From Acaryochloris marina MBIC11017 (GTDB taxonomy: Bacteria; Cyanobacteriota; Cyanobacteriia; Thermosynechococcales; Thermosynechococcaceae), in the NCBI RefSeq assembly GCF_000018105.1, contig NC_009925.1, forward strand, positions 2,310,001 to 2,342,000: DNA of 32,000 bases. Reading direction: 5' to 3'. Below the pieces are notes generated by a model that did no database searches, was not told where the DNA came from, and worked only from the letters and a program-made list of their open reading frames with translations. Each line of letters opens with the position of its first letter. The stretch's first letter is position 1. The position numbers were made by a program, and so were the translations under genes. Positions 18,410 to 26,775 of the stretch are shown piece by piece.

Positions 18410-19495
18410 GTGACTCTCAAAAATCGTATTTTTATTGTCTTACTGCTGTTTATCCCTGTCTCGATTGCAGCAGATCTCCTGGAGTGGGGACCGCTCCCTC
18501 TATTTGCGACATCAGCGCTCGCTATTGTGCCTTTAGCTGCATGGATGGGCACAGCAACGGAAGAGATTGCTGTGGTCATTGGTCCCTCCGCCGGTGGACT
18601 GCTCAATGCCACCTTTGGTAATGCTACGGAACTAATTATTGCTTTTATCGCCCTCCAAGCCGGTTTGGTAGAGGTGGTCAAAGCCAGTATTACCGGTTCC
18701 ATTTTGGGTAACCTCCTTCTCGTGATGGGGCTGTCCATGCTGCTGGGCGGACTGCGATTTAAAGAGCAAACCTTTCAGCCCGTTGTGGCTCGCGTGAATG
18801 CCTCATCCATGAACTTAGCGGTCATTGCAATTTTGTTGCCCACCGCCATCAAGTTCTCCGCCGAAGGCATCGAGAGTCAGGTTCTCCAGAACCTTTCCAT
18901 TGCCGTTGCCATCGTGTTGATTGGAGTTTATGGTTTAACGCTTCTGTTCTCCATGAAAACCCACACCTATCTGTTTGACGTGGGAGTGGCTGGCATGGAA
19001 TCAGAAGAAGAGCCCCATGAAGAAGGCTCAGGTAATTTGCGATTATGGATTGGTGTTTTACTCGCAGCAACCCTAGCGGTTGCCGTTGAATCTGAATTTT
19101 TAGTGGGCAGTTTAGAAGCAGCCACTGAGCAACTTGGGTTGACGCCCTTGTTTACAGGGGTGATTTTACTCCCCATTATTGGTAATGCCGCAGAGCATGC
19201 CACCGCCGTCACCGTGGCCATGAAAGACAAGATGGACTTATCTGTTTCTGTTGCCGTCGGCTCCAGTATGCAGATTGCCCTGTTTGTTGCCCCAGCCTTA
19301 GTCCTGGCAGGCTGGGTAATTGGTCAGCCCATGGACTTAGACTTTAACCCCTTTGAATTGGTCGCTGTTGCCGTATCAGTCCTGATTGCCAATTCGATTA
19401 GCTCAGATGGTCAGTCCAACTGGTTAGAAGGGACGCTGCTCCTCGCCACCTATGCAGTGTTAGGATTAGCCTTTTATTTTCATCCTCTGACGTGA
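18410..19495 (+). CDS. cax: Ca2+/H+ antiporter (CAX/ChaA family)
   Basis: 361-aa polytopic ORF with a GTG start. Both CaCA alpha-repeat signatures are present (GNATELI and GNAAEH), and an acidic loop (ESEEEPHEEGS) sits between the two halves. Confidence 0.9.
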   Translation: MTLKNRIFIVLLLFIPVSIAADLLEWGPLPLFATSALAIVPLAAWMGTATEEIAVVIGPSAGGLLNATFGNATELIIAFIALQAGLVEVVKASITGSILGNLLLVMGLSMLLGGLRFKEQTFQPVVARVNASSMNLAVIAILLPTAIKFSAEGIESQVLQNLSIAVAIVLIGVYGLTLLFSMKTHTYLFDVGVAGMESEEEPHEEGSGNLRLWIGVLLAATLAVAVESEFLVGSLEAATEQLGLTPLFTGVILLPIIGNAAEHATAVTVAMKDKMDLSVSVAVGSSMQIALFVAPALVLAGWVIGQPMDLDFNPFELVAVAVSVLIANSISSDGQSNWLEGTLLLATYAVLGLAFYFHPLT

Positions 19496-19502
19496 TCAGC
19501 CC

Positions 19503-21938
19503 TTAAGAATCTGGCGTCACTACATATTCAGACTCAATAGGCTCTAGCCGCCCTGATTGAACCAGCGCCTGGTAAATCATGGCGGCGACTTCTGCCCGAG
19601 TAGCATTGGCCTCTGGCTTCAATAGTCCCGGCTCAGGATGACTCACCACAATATTTTCTTGGGTCGAAGCGGCAATTTTTCCTTTTGACCAATCGGGGAG
19701 CTGGCTCTGATCTTGGAACTGCTGCAGGCTAGTTTCTGGGGAAGTAGGAATGTCCAGTTCTAACCCACTGACCAGAGCCACTAATACTTCATATCTGGGC
19801 ACAAGCTTATCCGGCTGAAAATCTCCTTCCGGATATCCGCTCATAAATTTCTTATCGACCGCGTCTTCAATGGCGCCTGCAGCCCAATAATCTGATGCAA
19901 TATCAGAAAAGGTTAGAGCACGCTGGCCGGGCTCATTGACAAACGCACGTTGAATTTGAGCGGCCAGTTCAGCCCGCGTCACCGGCTTATCGGGCTGGAA
20001 CTTGCCATCCGGGTAATCCGGAATAATCCCCTGGGCATGCAGCTTGGTGATAAAAGGATAAGCCCAATGATCCTCAGGAACATCAGAAATATCAAGCTGC
20101 GAGGGAATGACACCCGGTGCATCTAGGCCGCCAATCGCTTCTGTAGGGCTTTGCCGAACAGCTGCTGTTTGACTAGTTGGAGCCTGTCCAGGCGTATTCC
20201 CTGTCTCACCGGTACTCGGAGCATCTTCACTAGCAAAAGGAGCACTGGCAATAGGTGAGTCACCTGCTGATTCACCGGATGGGCTATTGGCCGATGGGTT
20301 CGGGTTCAGCGGCGAAGAAGAGACTGATGGAGCGGAAGGTGGTGTTAGAGAGGGGTCTTGCTGATTGCCAGTCACCCCCAAATAGGTAATGGTGCCTAAC
20401 GTTGACAGAGCGACCAATAAACCAACAACCTGAACACGGTTAAGGGGTAATTTACCGCTTAACGCACCTAAATCGCCTGCATTTGCCCCAGTAGAAGGAC
20501 CTGAACCCACAGCCACTGGCTCTGGTGCTGGCACAGGATCTGGTACCGGAGTTGAGGGAACCTCGGGTTCACCATCACTTTCTACGGCGGGTATAGACTC
20601 AAGGCCCTCCGCTTCAGGCGCAGAAACGCTCTCGCCTGTCATCTCTCCTAACGGAGGAATCACAGCAGGAATATCAGCTGCAGGGGCATCTGGATCAACC
20701 AGATCAGTGGGGGCAGCCCCTACGTCACTTGTCGGCACATCTCCCATATCAGAACTGATAAACCCTGGGCTGGCTGCTAAAGGTGTTGCATCGCTATCTG
20801 GGGAAGCTTCTGTATCGATGGGGAGTGGTGACTCTGCCACTGGTAGATTTTCACCGATTGGCAACGACGCATCTTCTGGTAAGGAGACATCTTCACCCAC
20901 CGTTAATGGTTGATCTTCTGGTGTTGGCAGTTCTTCTATCTCAGGTTCCACTGCTGGTATGTCAGCACTAACCGGCACATCAGCCACAACATCAGGAATC
21001 AGGGCATCCACAGGAGGAATATTTGGCCCTGAGACATCGGTCGTTTCTGGGGTCGAAATCTCTGATATGGGATCTTCAGCACCAGCAGGCTCAAGATCAT
21101 CCATCCACGGATCAGGTAACGAACTCTCTTCTGGCGTGGACTCTAAGGGTATAGGTTCTTCAACAGGTTCGTTGATGGTTGGAGCATCAGGGGGCTGAAT
21201 CAGAGTTGGCTCTTCAATCTCTGCACTCAGCGGGGTAATCAGCGATTGTTCGTCAGCAGCTGGTTCAGACCAAGGATCGGAGAGGGTATCTCCAGCACTG
21301 GTCGATGCTGCTATATCAGGAAGATTGGGGTCTGATGATTCATCGACTACAGGAGTCAAATCGACAGGTGGCTCTACGGGAGGGGGCGCAAACGGATCGG
21401 ACAAAATATCAGATGAATCGGTTGGTGCTGCTGATATATCTGGAAGACTGGGGTCTGGCAGCTCACCTCCCTCAGGAGTTAAATTCCCAGGTAAATCCAA
21501 GTCACCCAGGACAGGAGAGCTGGAGTCTGATGACGTCTCTGACCAGGCATCTAGGGGCTGAGTACCTTCGTCTTCACCTACTAACGGCATATTAGTCGGA
21601 TCAACGGATTCTAAACTATCGCCAATTCCACTCAACTCTTCTATTGGAGGCGTTTCTACATCTGGCCCCATTTGAATAAGCGTCGTATCGCCAAGGGTTG
21701 TTCCCAGCTCTTCCGTAGGAGGCGGAGGTTCCGTGGATTCCTCTGACCAAGAGTCTAAATCTGGTAGAGAGGCAGGCTCATCATTGGCAGGGGTATCTCC
21801 TAACAATTCTGACAACGAATCAAACAACTCGTCAGAAATAGGGCCAGAATCGGCACTGGGAGCATTACTAGGATCCGAGCCAGGTTCTGAAGAAGGGACT
21901 CCACCTGATTCAGAGTTCGGATCGTTAGGATTAACCAT
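19503..21938 (-). CDS. membrane-anchored protein with a 495-aa polyanionic N-terminal region and three C-terminal SLH repeats
   Basis: 811-aa ORF. Residues 1-495 lack K, R and H. There is one TM (VQVVGLLVALSTLGTITYLGV). Three SLH-like repeats follow (DHWAYPFITKLHAQGIIPDYPDGKFQPDKPVTRAELA; DYWAAGAIEDAVDKKFMSGYPEGDFQPDKLVPRYEVL; PDWSKGKIAASTQENIVVSHPEPGLLKPEANATRAEVA). Confidence 0.8.
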   Translation of the reverse strand: MVNPNDPNSESGGVPSSEPGSDPSNAPSADSGPISDELFDSLSELLGDTPANDEPASLPDLDSWSEESTEPPPPTEELGTTLGDTTLIQMGPDVETPPIEELSGIGDSLESVDPTNMPLVGEDEGTQPLDAWSETSSDSSSPVLGDLDLPGNLTPEGGELPDPSLPDISAAPTDSSDILSDPFAPPPVEPPVDLTPVVDESSDPNLPDIAASTSAGDTLSDPWSEPAADEQSLITPLSAEIEEPTLIQPPDAPTINEPVEEPIPLESTPEESSLPDPWMDDLEPAGAEDPISEISTPETTDVSGPNIPPVDALIPDVVADVPVSADIPAVEPEIEELPTPEDQPLTVGEDVSLPEDASLPIGENLPVAESPLPIDTEASPDSDATPLAASPGFISSDMGDVPTSDVGAAPTDLVDPDAPAADIPAVIPPLGEMTGESVSAPEAEGLESIPAVESDGEPEVPSTPVPDPVPAPEPVAVGSGPSTGANAGDLGALSGKLPLNRVQVVGLLVALSTLGTITYLGVTGNQQDPSLTPPSAPSVSSSPLNPNPSANSPSGESAGDSPIASAPFASEDAPSTGETGNTPGQAPTSQTAAVRQSPTEAIGGLDAPGVIPSQLDISDVPEDHWAYPFITKLHAQGIIPDYPDGKFQPDKPVTRAELAAQIQRAFVNEPGQRALTFSDIASDYWAAGAIEDAVDKKFMSGYPEGDFQPDKLVPRYEVLVALVSGLELDIPTSPETSLQQFQDQSQLPDWSKGKIAASTQENIVVSHPEPGLLKPEANATRAEVAAMIYQALVQSGRLEPIESEYVVTPDS

Positions 21939-21994
21939 AATATTGAGCCATTTTTAGGGTTTAATCTTTGGCAACCATCCTACAGGGGTACTGA

Positions 21995-22010
21995 AGGTGC
22001 GATCGCACCT
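21995..22010. repeat. HIP1 (GCGATCGC) embedded in a 16-nt perfect palindrome; one of nine HIP1 copies in the window
   Basis: AGGTGCGATCGCACCT, read directly. Other perfect HIP1 copies are at 5281, 6318, 12768, 15671, 17006, 17086, 27946 and 31429 (start positions). Confidence 0.8.
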
Positions 22011-22185
22011 CCGCACATTCTTTTTAGAATTCATGGACACAAACTGTCAGTTTGTAAAGTCATTTGTGAACATTAAAAAAACGAGTGTTGGAGTGAGTAA
22101 TTAGCGTATTAGTCTTGACGATTCAACTCAGTCACTCATTTAATAATCATCATTGCGAGAATAATCCTTAAGGATTAACCGAAGT

Positions 22186-23604
22186 ATGCGTTTGTTTCTG
22201 CCCTTCAAAGTACAACTTCATCTTTTAGTCTTAACCCTCTTTTTATCGACGCTAAGTAGTTGTGCTGAACGCGAAACGCAGTCTCAAACGTCCGCCCCCC
22301 CTTCGCAATCCACTGCCGAAAAGACGGAATCTTCATTATCCAGTCAGGATGCAGCCAGTTGGTCTATCATCTTGACCGATCCAGAAGAGTCGCCTCAAAC
22401 ATCTTCACCGTCGTCTATTGGTGCGCCCGATTCATCTCCTCAGGCTCCTGCATCCCCAAGTCGTCTGAAGCCAGGAAAAACAGGTCAACCTCAAAAAACA
22501 AAACCTCAAGGCCAGGCAGCCCCTAAACGCAACACCCGCAAACAAAAAGTTGCGTTTTCTCGCACCCCCTATGCCGTTATTGATGAAGCTAAAAAGGATC
22601 AATTCAACGTCACAGGAGAGCAAATTTTTAGCAACAGCACGCTACCCAATCATCAAGTTGATTTCAATGAAGCGGATTTATTAGCCGTTCTGATCAATGT
22701 CAAAACGTACTTCGAATCCCACAGTCAAAATGATTCAACGGCATTACGGGAAGGAATTTTAGGCACGGGTGGCGTCACGGTTCAAGATATTCAAGACACC
22801 TTGGCCTTTATGATCAATACCTTAGAGCAAGATATTGCACTCCAACGGCCATCCCGATTAAAAGATCCGAATTTTCTCAACACCCATTTCCAGGTCGTAA
22901 AATGGCAACCCTATAACCCACAACAGCCAGATCAAAATCAATTGCGAATTACTAAATATGCAGTTTTTGCCCATCAAGGATCTCGGACAAAAACTGCAGA
23001 GTTTGATACTCCTATTTACCAGCTCAAACCAGAGTATGCAGTTGATAAATTTTTCCAGAACTATTCGAAACAGGAAGTCCTCACAGGTATCTATGAAACC
23101 GGAGGCAAGGAACAGGGGAAAGTCACTCCTCTGGCCTACCTGACTCGGCAAGGATTGGAAGATGCCTTATTGCAAGGCACCATCTTGATCCGATTTGGCG
23201 ATGGCTCATCGGCCTACTTCAATGTGGATCGCAACAATGGGATTGCCTATGTACGAGGGCAGCCCCAACGAGAACAAAAACGCTACTGGTACTTCAAGCA
23301 AGTGGATGCCATTAAGGGGTATGGTCCTAAAACTGCAAAAATCGCAGTGCGACCGGGCGTGACTTTTGCAGGTGACGTGCTCAATATTGGCCTAGGGAAA
23401 ATCATCATGCTGGAGCACAATACGGGTGGGACTCAGCAGCTCAATATGGGGGTTCTGGCGGATACGGGTGGGGCATTTTTGCCTAATTTATATCAGCTCG
23501 ATTTTCTAGCTGGCGTATTTCCAAGTCATGATCAGTTCAAGCAGCATATCAGTACCCTACCGGCCTATGCGAATGCCTATATTTTGATCAAGAAAAAGAG
23601 TTAG
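22186..23604 (+). CDS. mltA: MltA-like lytic murein transglycosylase lipoprotein (3D/DPBB C-terminal domain)
   Basis: Signal peptide with lipobox LSSC, an S/P/Q-rich linker containing a basic tract, and a C-terminal 3D-domain-like motif (GVLADTGGAF). The overall length and layout match cyanobacterial MltA annotations as I remember them. Confidence 0.6.
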   Translation: MRLFLPFKVQLHLLVLTLFLSTLSSCAERETQSQTSAPPSQSTAEKTESSLSSQDAASWSIILTDPEESPQTSSPSSIGAPDSSPQAPASPSRLKPGKTGQPQKTKPQGQAAPKRNTRKQKVAFSRTPYAVIDEAKKDQFNVTGEQIFSNSTLPNHQVDFNEADLLAVLINVKTYFESHSQNDSTALREGILGTGGVTVQDIQDTLAFMINTLEQDIALQRPSRLKDPNFLNTHFQVVKWQPYNPQQPDQNQLRITKYAVFAHQGSRTKTAEFDTPIYQLKPEYAVDKFFQNYSKQEVLTGIYETGGKEQGKVTPLAYLTRQGLEDALLQGTILIRFGDGSSAYFNVDRNNGIAYVRGQPQREQKRYWYFKQVDAIKGYGPKTAKIAVRPGVTFAGDVLNIGLGKIIMLEHNTGGTQQLNMGVLADTGGAFLPNLYQLDFLAGVFPSHDQFKQHISTLPAYANAYILIKKKS

Positions 23605-23642
23605 ATGGTTACACTGTGGTCATTATGGCGCTGCTTTATTAA

Positions 23643-24359
23643 ATGGGAATAAACAGTTACCTCAAAGCAGTCTCGATTTCAACGCTGGAAACCTTACAAC
23701 AAAATCCGGATCTGACTGACTTATTTTTTGCTGCCCAGTGGTTACCAGAAGCCCCAGTTTGGAGGAAGTCTTATCTGCAGGGAGAATGGTCTGAGGAAAC
23801 GAAGGAACGGGCGGTCCAACAGTTCTCAACATATTCTTCACTCAAGCAACCGTTCCTCGATGAGTGGGAATCTCCAGAGGCAGATCTCCACAAGTATTTT
23901 GTTGTCCTCACATTTCTGCTAGCAGGCTATGTGCCTGGCCATATCCTGCAGCCATGGGCAATTCCAGAACTCAGGAAGAATTCTGAGTTGATGCAACAAT
24001 CCAAAAATCGAGATTTTGCGCCTTTCCTAATGTTTATGGACTCTCAGTGAGATGGGCTTCCTTTGGTCAATGCCTTGGGGGCCGGAAAGATTCTGAATCC
24101 CAATACGAGTAGTCACCGCTTAGTTCGTTATTTATCCACAGAGGAAGTAGGGAACATGTTAGATGGCTTGCTATTGCTTTCAGAACAAGTATTTCGAACA
24201 CGTTATAAACGAGAATCTAGGAAGTCAGCCCCTGTTCTCCTTTTTGATCTTTCTGAAGCAGAAGAGCTGGATTGGCTAACCGATTATTTTCGGATTATAG
24301 AAAATTACTATAGCAACACCCTTCGTTCAGAAAAAGCCTTGCTGCTATACCTGTCTTAA
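23643..24359 (+). pseudogene. YfbM/DUF1877-like gene interrupted by one in-frame TGA (24048..24050)
   Basis: ORFs 23643..24050 and 24063..24359 are in the same frame and are separated only by TGA plus four sense codons (..FMDSQ*DGLPLVNALGAGKIL..). The second ORF has no ATG start. Similarity to my recollection of E. coli YfbM spans the stop (MGIxxY N-terminus; DLHKYFVVLTFLLAG vs DIDKRWDFLHFGLTG; PLVNALGAGKIL vs PLSRAVLGEHSL). Confidence 0.55.
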
Positions 24360-24360
24360 T

Positions 24361-24399
24361 TAAAAAATCTGGCAGCTCATCTCTTCTAGATACTGCCAA
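24361..24399 (-). terminator. candidate rho-independent terminator of the clpR-clpP operon
   Basis: On the minus strand, TTGGCAG...CTGCCAG forms a 6-7 bp outer stem with an inner ATCT/AGAT pairing, followed by ATTTTTTA. It begins 31 nt after the clpP stop. The stem is short, so confidence is modest. Confidence 0.35.
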
Positions 24400-24429
24400 A
24401 CTCGACAAAAATAATGGATTGAGATGCGG

Positions 24430-25026
24430 TTAAGCAGGTCTTTCTTCAATCACTTGGTCAATCAGACCATATTCTAAAGCCTCATGGGCAGACATAAAGA
24501 AGTCGCGATCCATGTCTTTTTCAATTTTTTCCAAGGGTTGCGCTGTTCTCGCGGCATAGATATCATTCAACTGCCGACGCACGCGAATGATTTCTTTCGC
24601 TTCGATTTCAATATCAGAAGCTTGTCCACGGGCTCCACCAGAGGGTTGGTGAATCATAATTCGGGAGTGGGGAAGCGCCAAACGCTTACCAGGAGAGCCC
24701 GCAGCCAGTAGAAACGAGCCCATAGACGCCGCTAGACCAACACAGATGGTCGCGACTTCTGACTTAATATGCTGCATGGTGTCATAAATAGCCAATCCAG
24801 CAGTCACTGAACCACCCGGCGAGTTGATATAGATGGAAATCGGCTTACTGGGATCTTCAGAATCCAAATACAGGAGAAAAGCCACAATTTGATTGGCTAG
24901 ACCATCCGTTACTTCCTGACCAAGAAAAATGATTCTTTCTTGGCTCAAACGGGTATAAATATCCACCCAGCGTTCATAGGGACTGCCAGGAATACGGTAG
25001 GGAACACTAGGAACACCAATAGGCAT
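24430..25026 (-). CDS. clpP: ATP-dependent Clp protease proteolytic subunit (ClpP3-type, partner of ClpR)
   Basis: 198-aa ORF with an intact Ser-His-Asp triad context: [23 protein letters not shown]. Confidence 0.95.
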   Translation of the reverse strand: MPIGVPSVPYRIPGSPYERWVDIYTRLSQERIIFLGQEVTDGLANQIVAFLLYLDSEDPSKPISIYINSPGGSVTAGLAIYDTMQHIKSEVATICVGLAASMGSFLLAAGSPGKRLALPHSRIMIHQPSGGARGQASDIEIEAKEIIRVRRQLNDIYAARTAQPLEKIEKDMDRDFFMSAHEALEYGLIDQVIEERPA

Positions 25027-25070
25027 AGTCGATAACTCTCTTTTTGCTACTACTCAGGTTGACTCATTTC

Positions 25071-25757
25071 TTAGACGGGCATTGGCGTGGGTAATTCTTT
25101 TTGGCTAGCCAACACGCGATCAATCAACCCATAGTCTTTGGCTTCTTCTGGAGACAGATAAAACATCCGGTCCATGTCTTTCGAAATCTTCTCGGCGGTT
25201 TGTCCGGTATTTTTCTGCAGAATGTCTAGCATTGTGGCTTTATTCGCAAGGACTTCCTGCGCTCTAATTTGAATATCAGAGGCTTGCCCTTGGGCACCGC
25301 TGCGGGCCTGGTTCAGAACGATGGTTGCATGGCCTAAGCTCGCTCGATATCCTTTGGTTCCTGCTGATAAGATCATTGCCGCAGTTCCCATGGCTTGGCC
25401 AATACAAATCGTGTGGACTGGGGGTTTGATGTATGACATGGTGTCGCAAATGGCAAAAGCTTCTGTTTCAAAGCCAATGGCATCGCCACCATACCAAGAG
25501 GTGCCTGTGGAATTGATGTAAAAGAAAATAGGTTTATCAGGATCGTCGAATTGCAAGAACAACAGTTGAGCAATAATCAACTCTGTGACATCAAAGCCAA
25601 CCTGGCGTTTGATATCATCTGAGGAAAATAGGGGCATCCCCAAATACACAATCCGCTCTTTTAGCAATAGAGACTGTAAATCAGGGGGCGGGGTGCGGTA
25701 ATAGGCATCGCCGCCGCCACCGTAAGGGGCTTGAACTGCTTGAATCCTGGACTCCAT
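25071..25757 (-). CDS. clpR: ClpR, catalytically inactive ClpP paralogue
   Basis: ClpP fold, but the nucleophile Ser context is replaced (GQAMGTAAM) and so is the His context (IVLNQARSG). It also has the ClpR-type loop insertion (STGTSWYGGDAIGFETEAFA). The likely start is the ATG at 25757 (MESRIQAVQAPYGG); the ORF track extends to 25814. Confidence 0.9.
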   Translation of the reverse strand: MESRIQAVQAPYGGGGDAYYRTPPPDLQSLLLKERIVYLGMPLFSSDDIKRQVGFDVTELIIAQLLFLQFDDPDKPIFFYINSTGTSWYGGDAIGFETEAFAICDTMSYIKPPVHTICIGQAMGTAAMILSAGTKGYRASLGHATIVLNQARSGAQGQASDIQIRAQEVLANKATMLDILQKNTGQTAEKISKDMDRMFYLSPEEAKDYGLIDRVLASQKELPTPMPV

Positions 25758-26065
25758 TGCCTGACAACTACCTAAAGGTGACAATACTGTTACACTGTAG
25801 CAATTTTCTGGCATTTGAATTGGGGGAAATACCGTACTCCCAGATTGTCACTAAAGCTCATCCACAATGGCTCAAGTAACAATGGCATCGCTACAGATTA
25901 TGTTGAAACAACGTAATACAATCTAGTTCGAAAAAACCTAGAAAGGCTAGCATTCAGGAACAGTATATCCTCTGAGTGCTCAAGAACATTGGTATATCAG
26001 TCTTTCAGCAATACTCACTTCCCTACTATTATTTCGCTGACTACAGGGATGTAATTACCAATATC

Positions 26066-26084
26066 TTGTAGTATTATACTACAA
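26066..26084. promoter_or_regulatory. perfect 9+1+9 palindrome (candidate operator overlapping a -10-like element)
   Basis: TTGTAGTAT-T-ATACTACAA, read directly. Its end lies 61 nt upstream of the methyltransferase ATG. The centre contains TATTAT/TATACT -10-like hexamers. Confidence 0.35.
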
Positions 26085-26145
26085 AGCAATCTATTAGGCT
26101 TTCAGAGACGATTGTTTCTCTCCATATCGTTTTGATGAGTGCATC

Positions 26146-26775
26146 ATGTCTAATCAATGGACCTCAGCAGAGCATGCCCGTGGTTATCTAGCTAGGGCAG
26201 ATCATTTGCCCCACCGTACCGAAGGAGAAGCTGTTCTGTTGGAACATGTTCCACAGTCTGCCCAGAGAATCCTAGACTTGGGAACTGGAGATGGTCGCTT
26301 GTTGGCACTCCTAAAACTTGACCGTTCGGATGTGAACGGTGTGGCGATGGATTTTTCACCCATCATGCTTGAGGCGGTACAACAGCGATTTGCAGAGGAT
26401 GCCAAAGTTAAAATTGTTGAGCACAATTTGGAGGCCCCATTGCCCCCATTAGGAACGTTTGACGGGGTGGTGTCCAGTTTTGCCATTCACCATCTTGCCC
26501 ACCCCCGCAAACGCTCTCTCTACCAAGAAGTATTTGAGATCCTAGAGCCTGGAGGCATTTTCTGTAACTTAGAGCATGTTGCATCACCCACGGCCAAACT
26601 TCATAAGCAGTTTTTGCAAGCCCTTGACATTGCCTTAGAAGATGATGATCCTTCCAATCAACTGTTAGATGTCGAAACACAGCTCAGCTGGTTGAGAGAG
26701 ATTGGCTTTGAAGATGTGGACTGTTACTGGAAGTGGCTAGAAATGGCCCTCCTGATTGGGGTGAAACCACTATGA
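26146..26775 (+). CDS. class I SAM-dependent methyltransferase
   Basis: Motif I ILDLGTGDGRL, post-I MDFSP, and motif II/III-like FDGVVSSFAIHHL and LEPGGIF. 209 aa. Confidence 0.85.
   Translation: MSNQWTSAEHARGYLARADHLPHRTEGEAVLLEHVPQSAQRILDLGTGDGRLLALLKLDRSDVNGVAMDFSPIMLEAVQQRFAEDAKVKIVEHNLEAPLPPLGTFDGVVSSFAIHHLAHPRKRSLYQEVFEILEPGGIFCNLEHVASPTAKLHKQFLQALDIALEDDDPSNQLLDVETQLSWLREIGFEDVDCYWKWLEMALLIGVKPL

Noticed and set aside
20707-21957. Cluster of six plus-strand ORFs (62-96 aa) opposite the SLH gene
   Set aside because: They lie in the low-complexity acidic region, where GA/CT-rich codons rarely create stops on either strand. They overlap one another in two frames and have no independent support.
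22141-22153. TAATAATCATCAT, resembling part of a Fur box, upstream of the MltA-like gene
   Set aside because: Only a partial match to the 19-bp Fur consensus, with no clear dyad symmetry and in an AT-rich context where such matches arise by chance.
22711-22719. TTCGAATCC, resembling a tRNA T-loop
   Set aside because: It lies inside the MltA-like coding frame, lacks the preceding GG of the T-arm, and has no acceptor or anticodon stems around it. I found no tRNA genes in the window.
24048-24050. The in-frame TGA as a selenocysteine codon
   Set aside because: I could not fold a SECIS-like stem-loop in the 40 nt downstream, and the aligned region of YfbM-like proteins is not a known redox site. 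A nonsense mutation or sequencing error is more parsimonious.
26066-26084. The palindrome as an NtcA (GTA-N8-TAC) or LexA-type box
   Set aside because: The GTA and TAC triplets are spaced N9 or N6 rather than N8. The half-sites TAGTAT with a 1-nt spacer do not fit the cyanobacterial LexA consensus as I recall it. I therefore report it only as an unassigned operator candidate.
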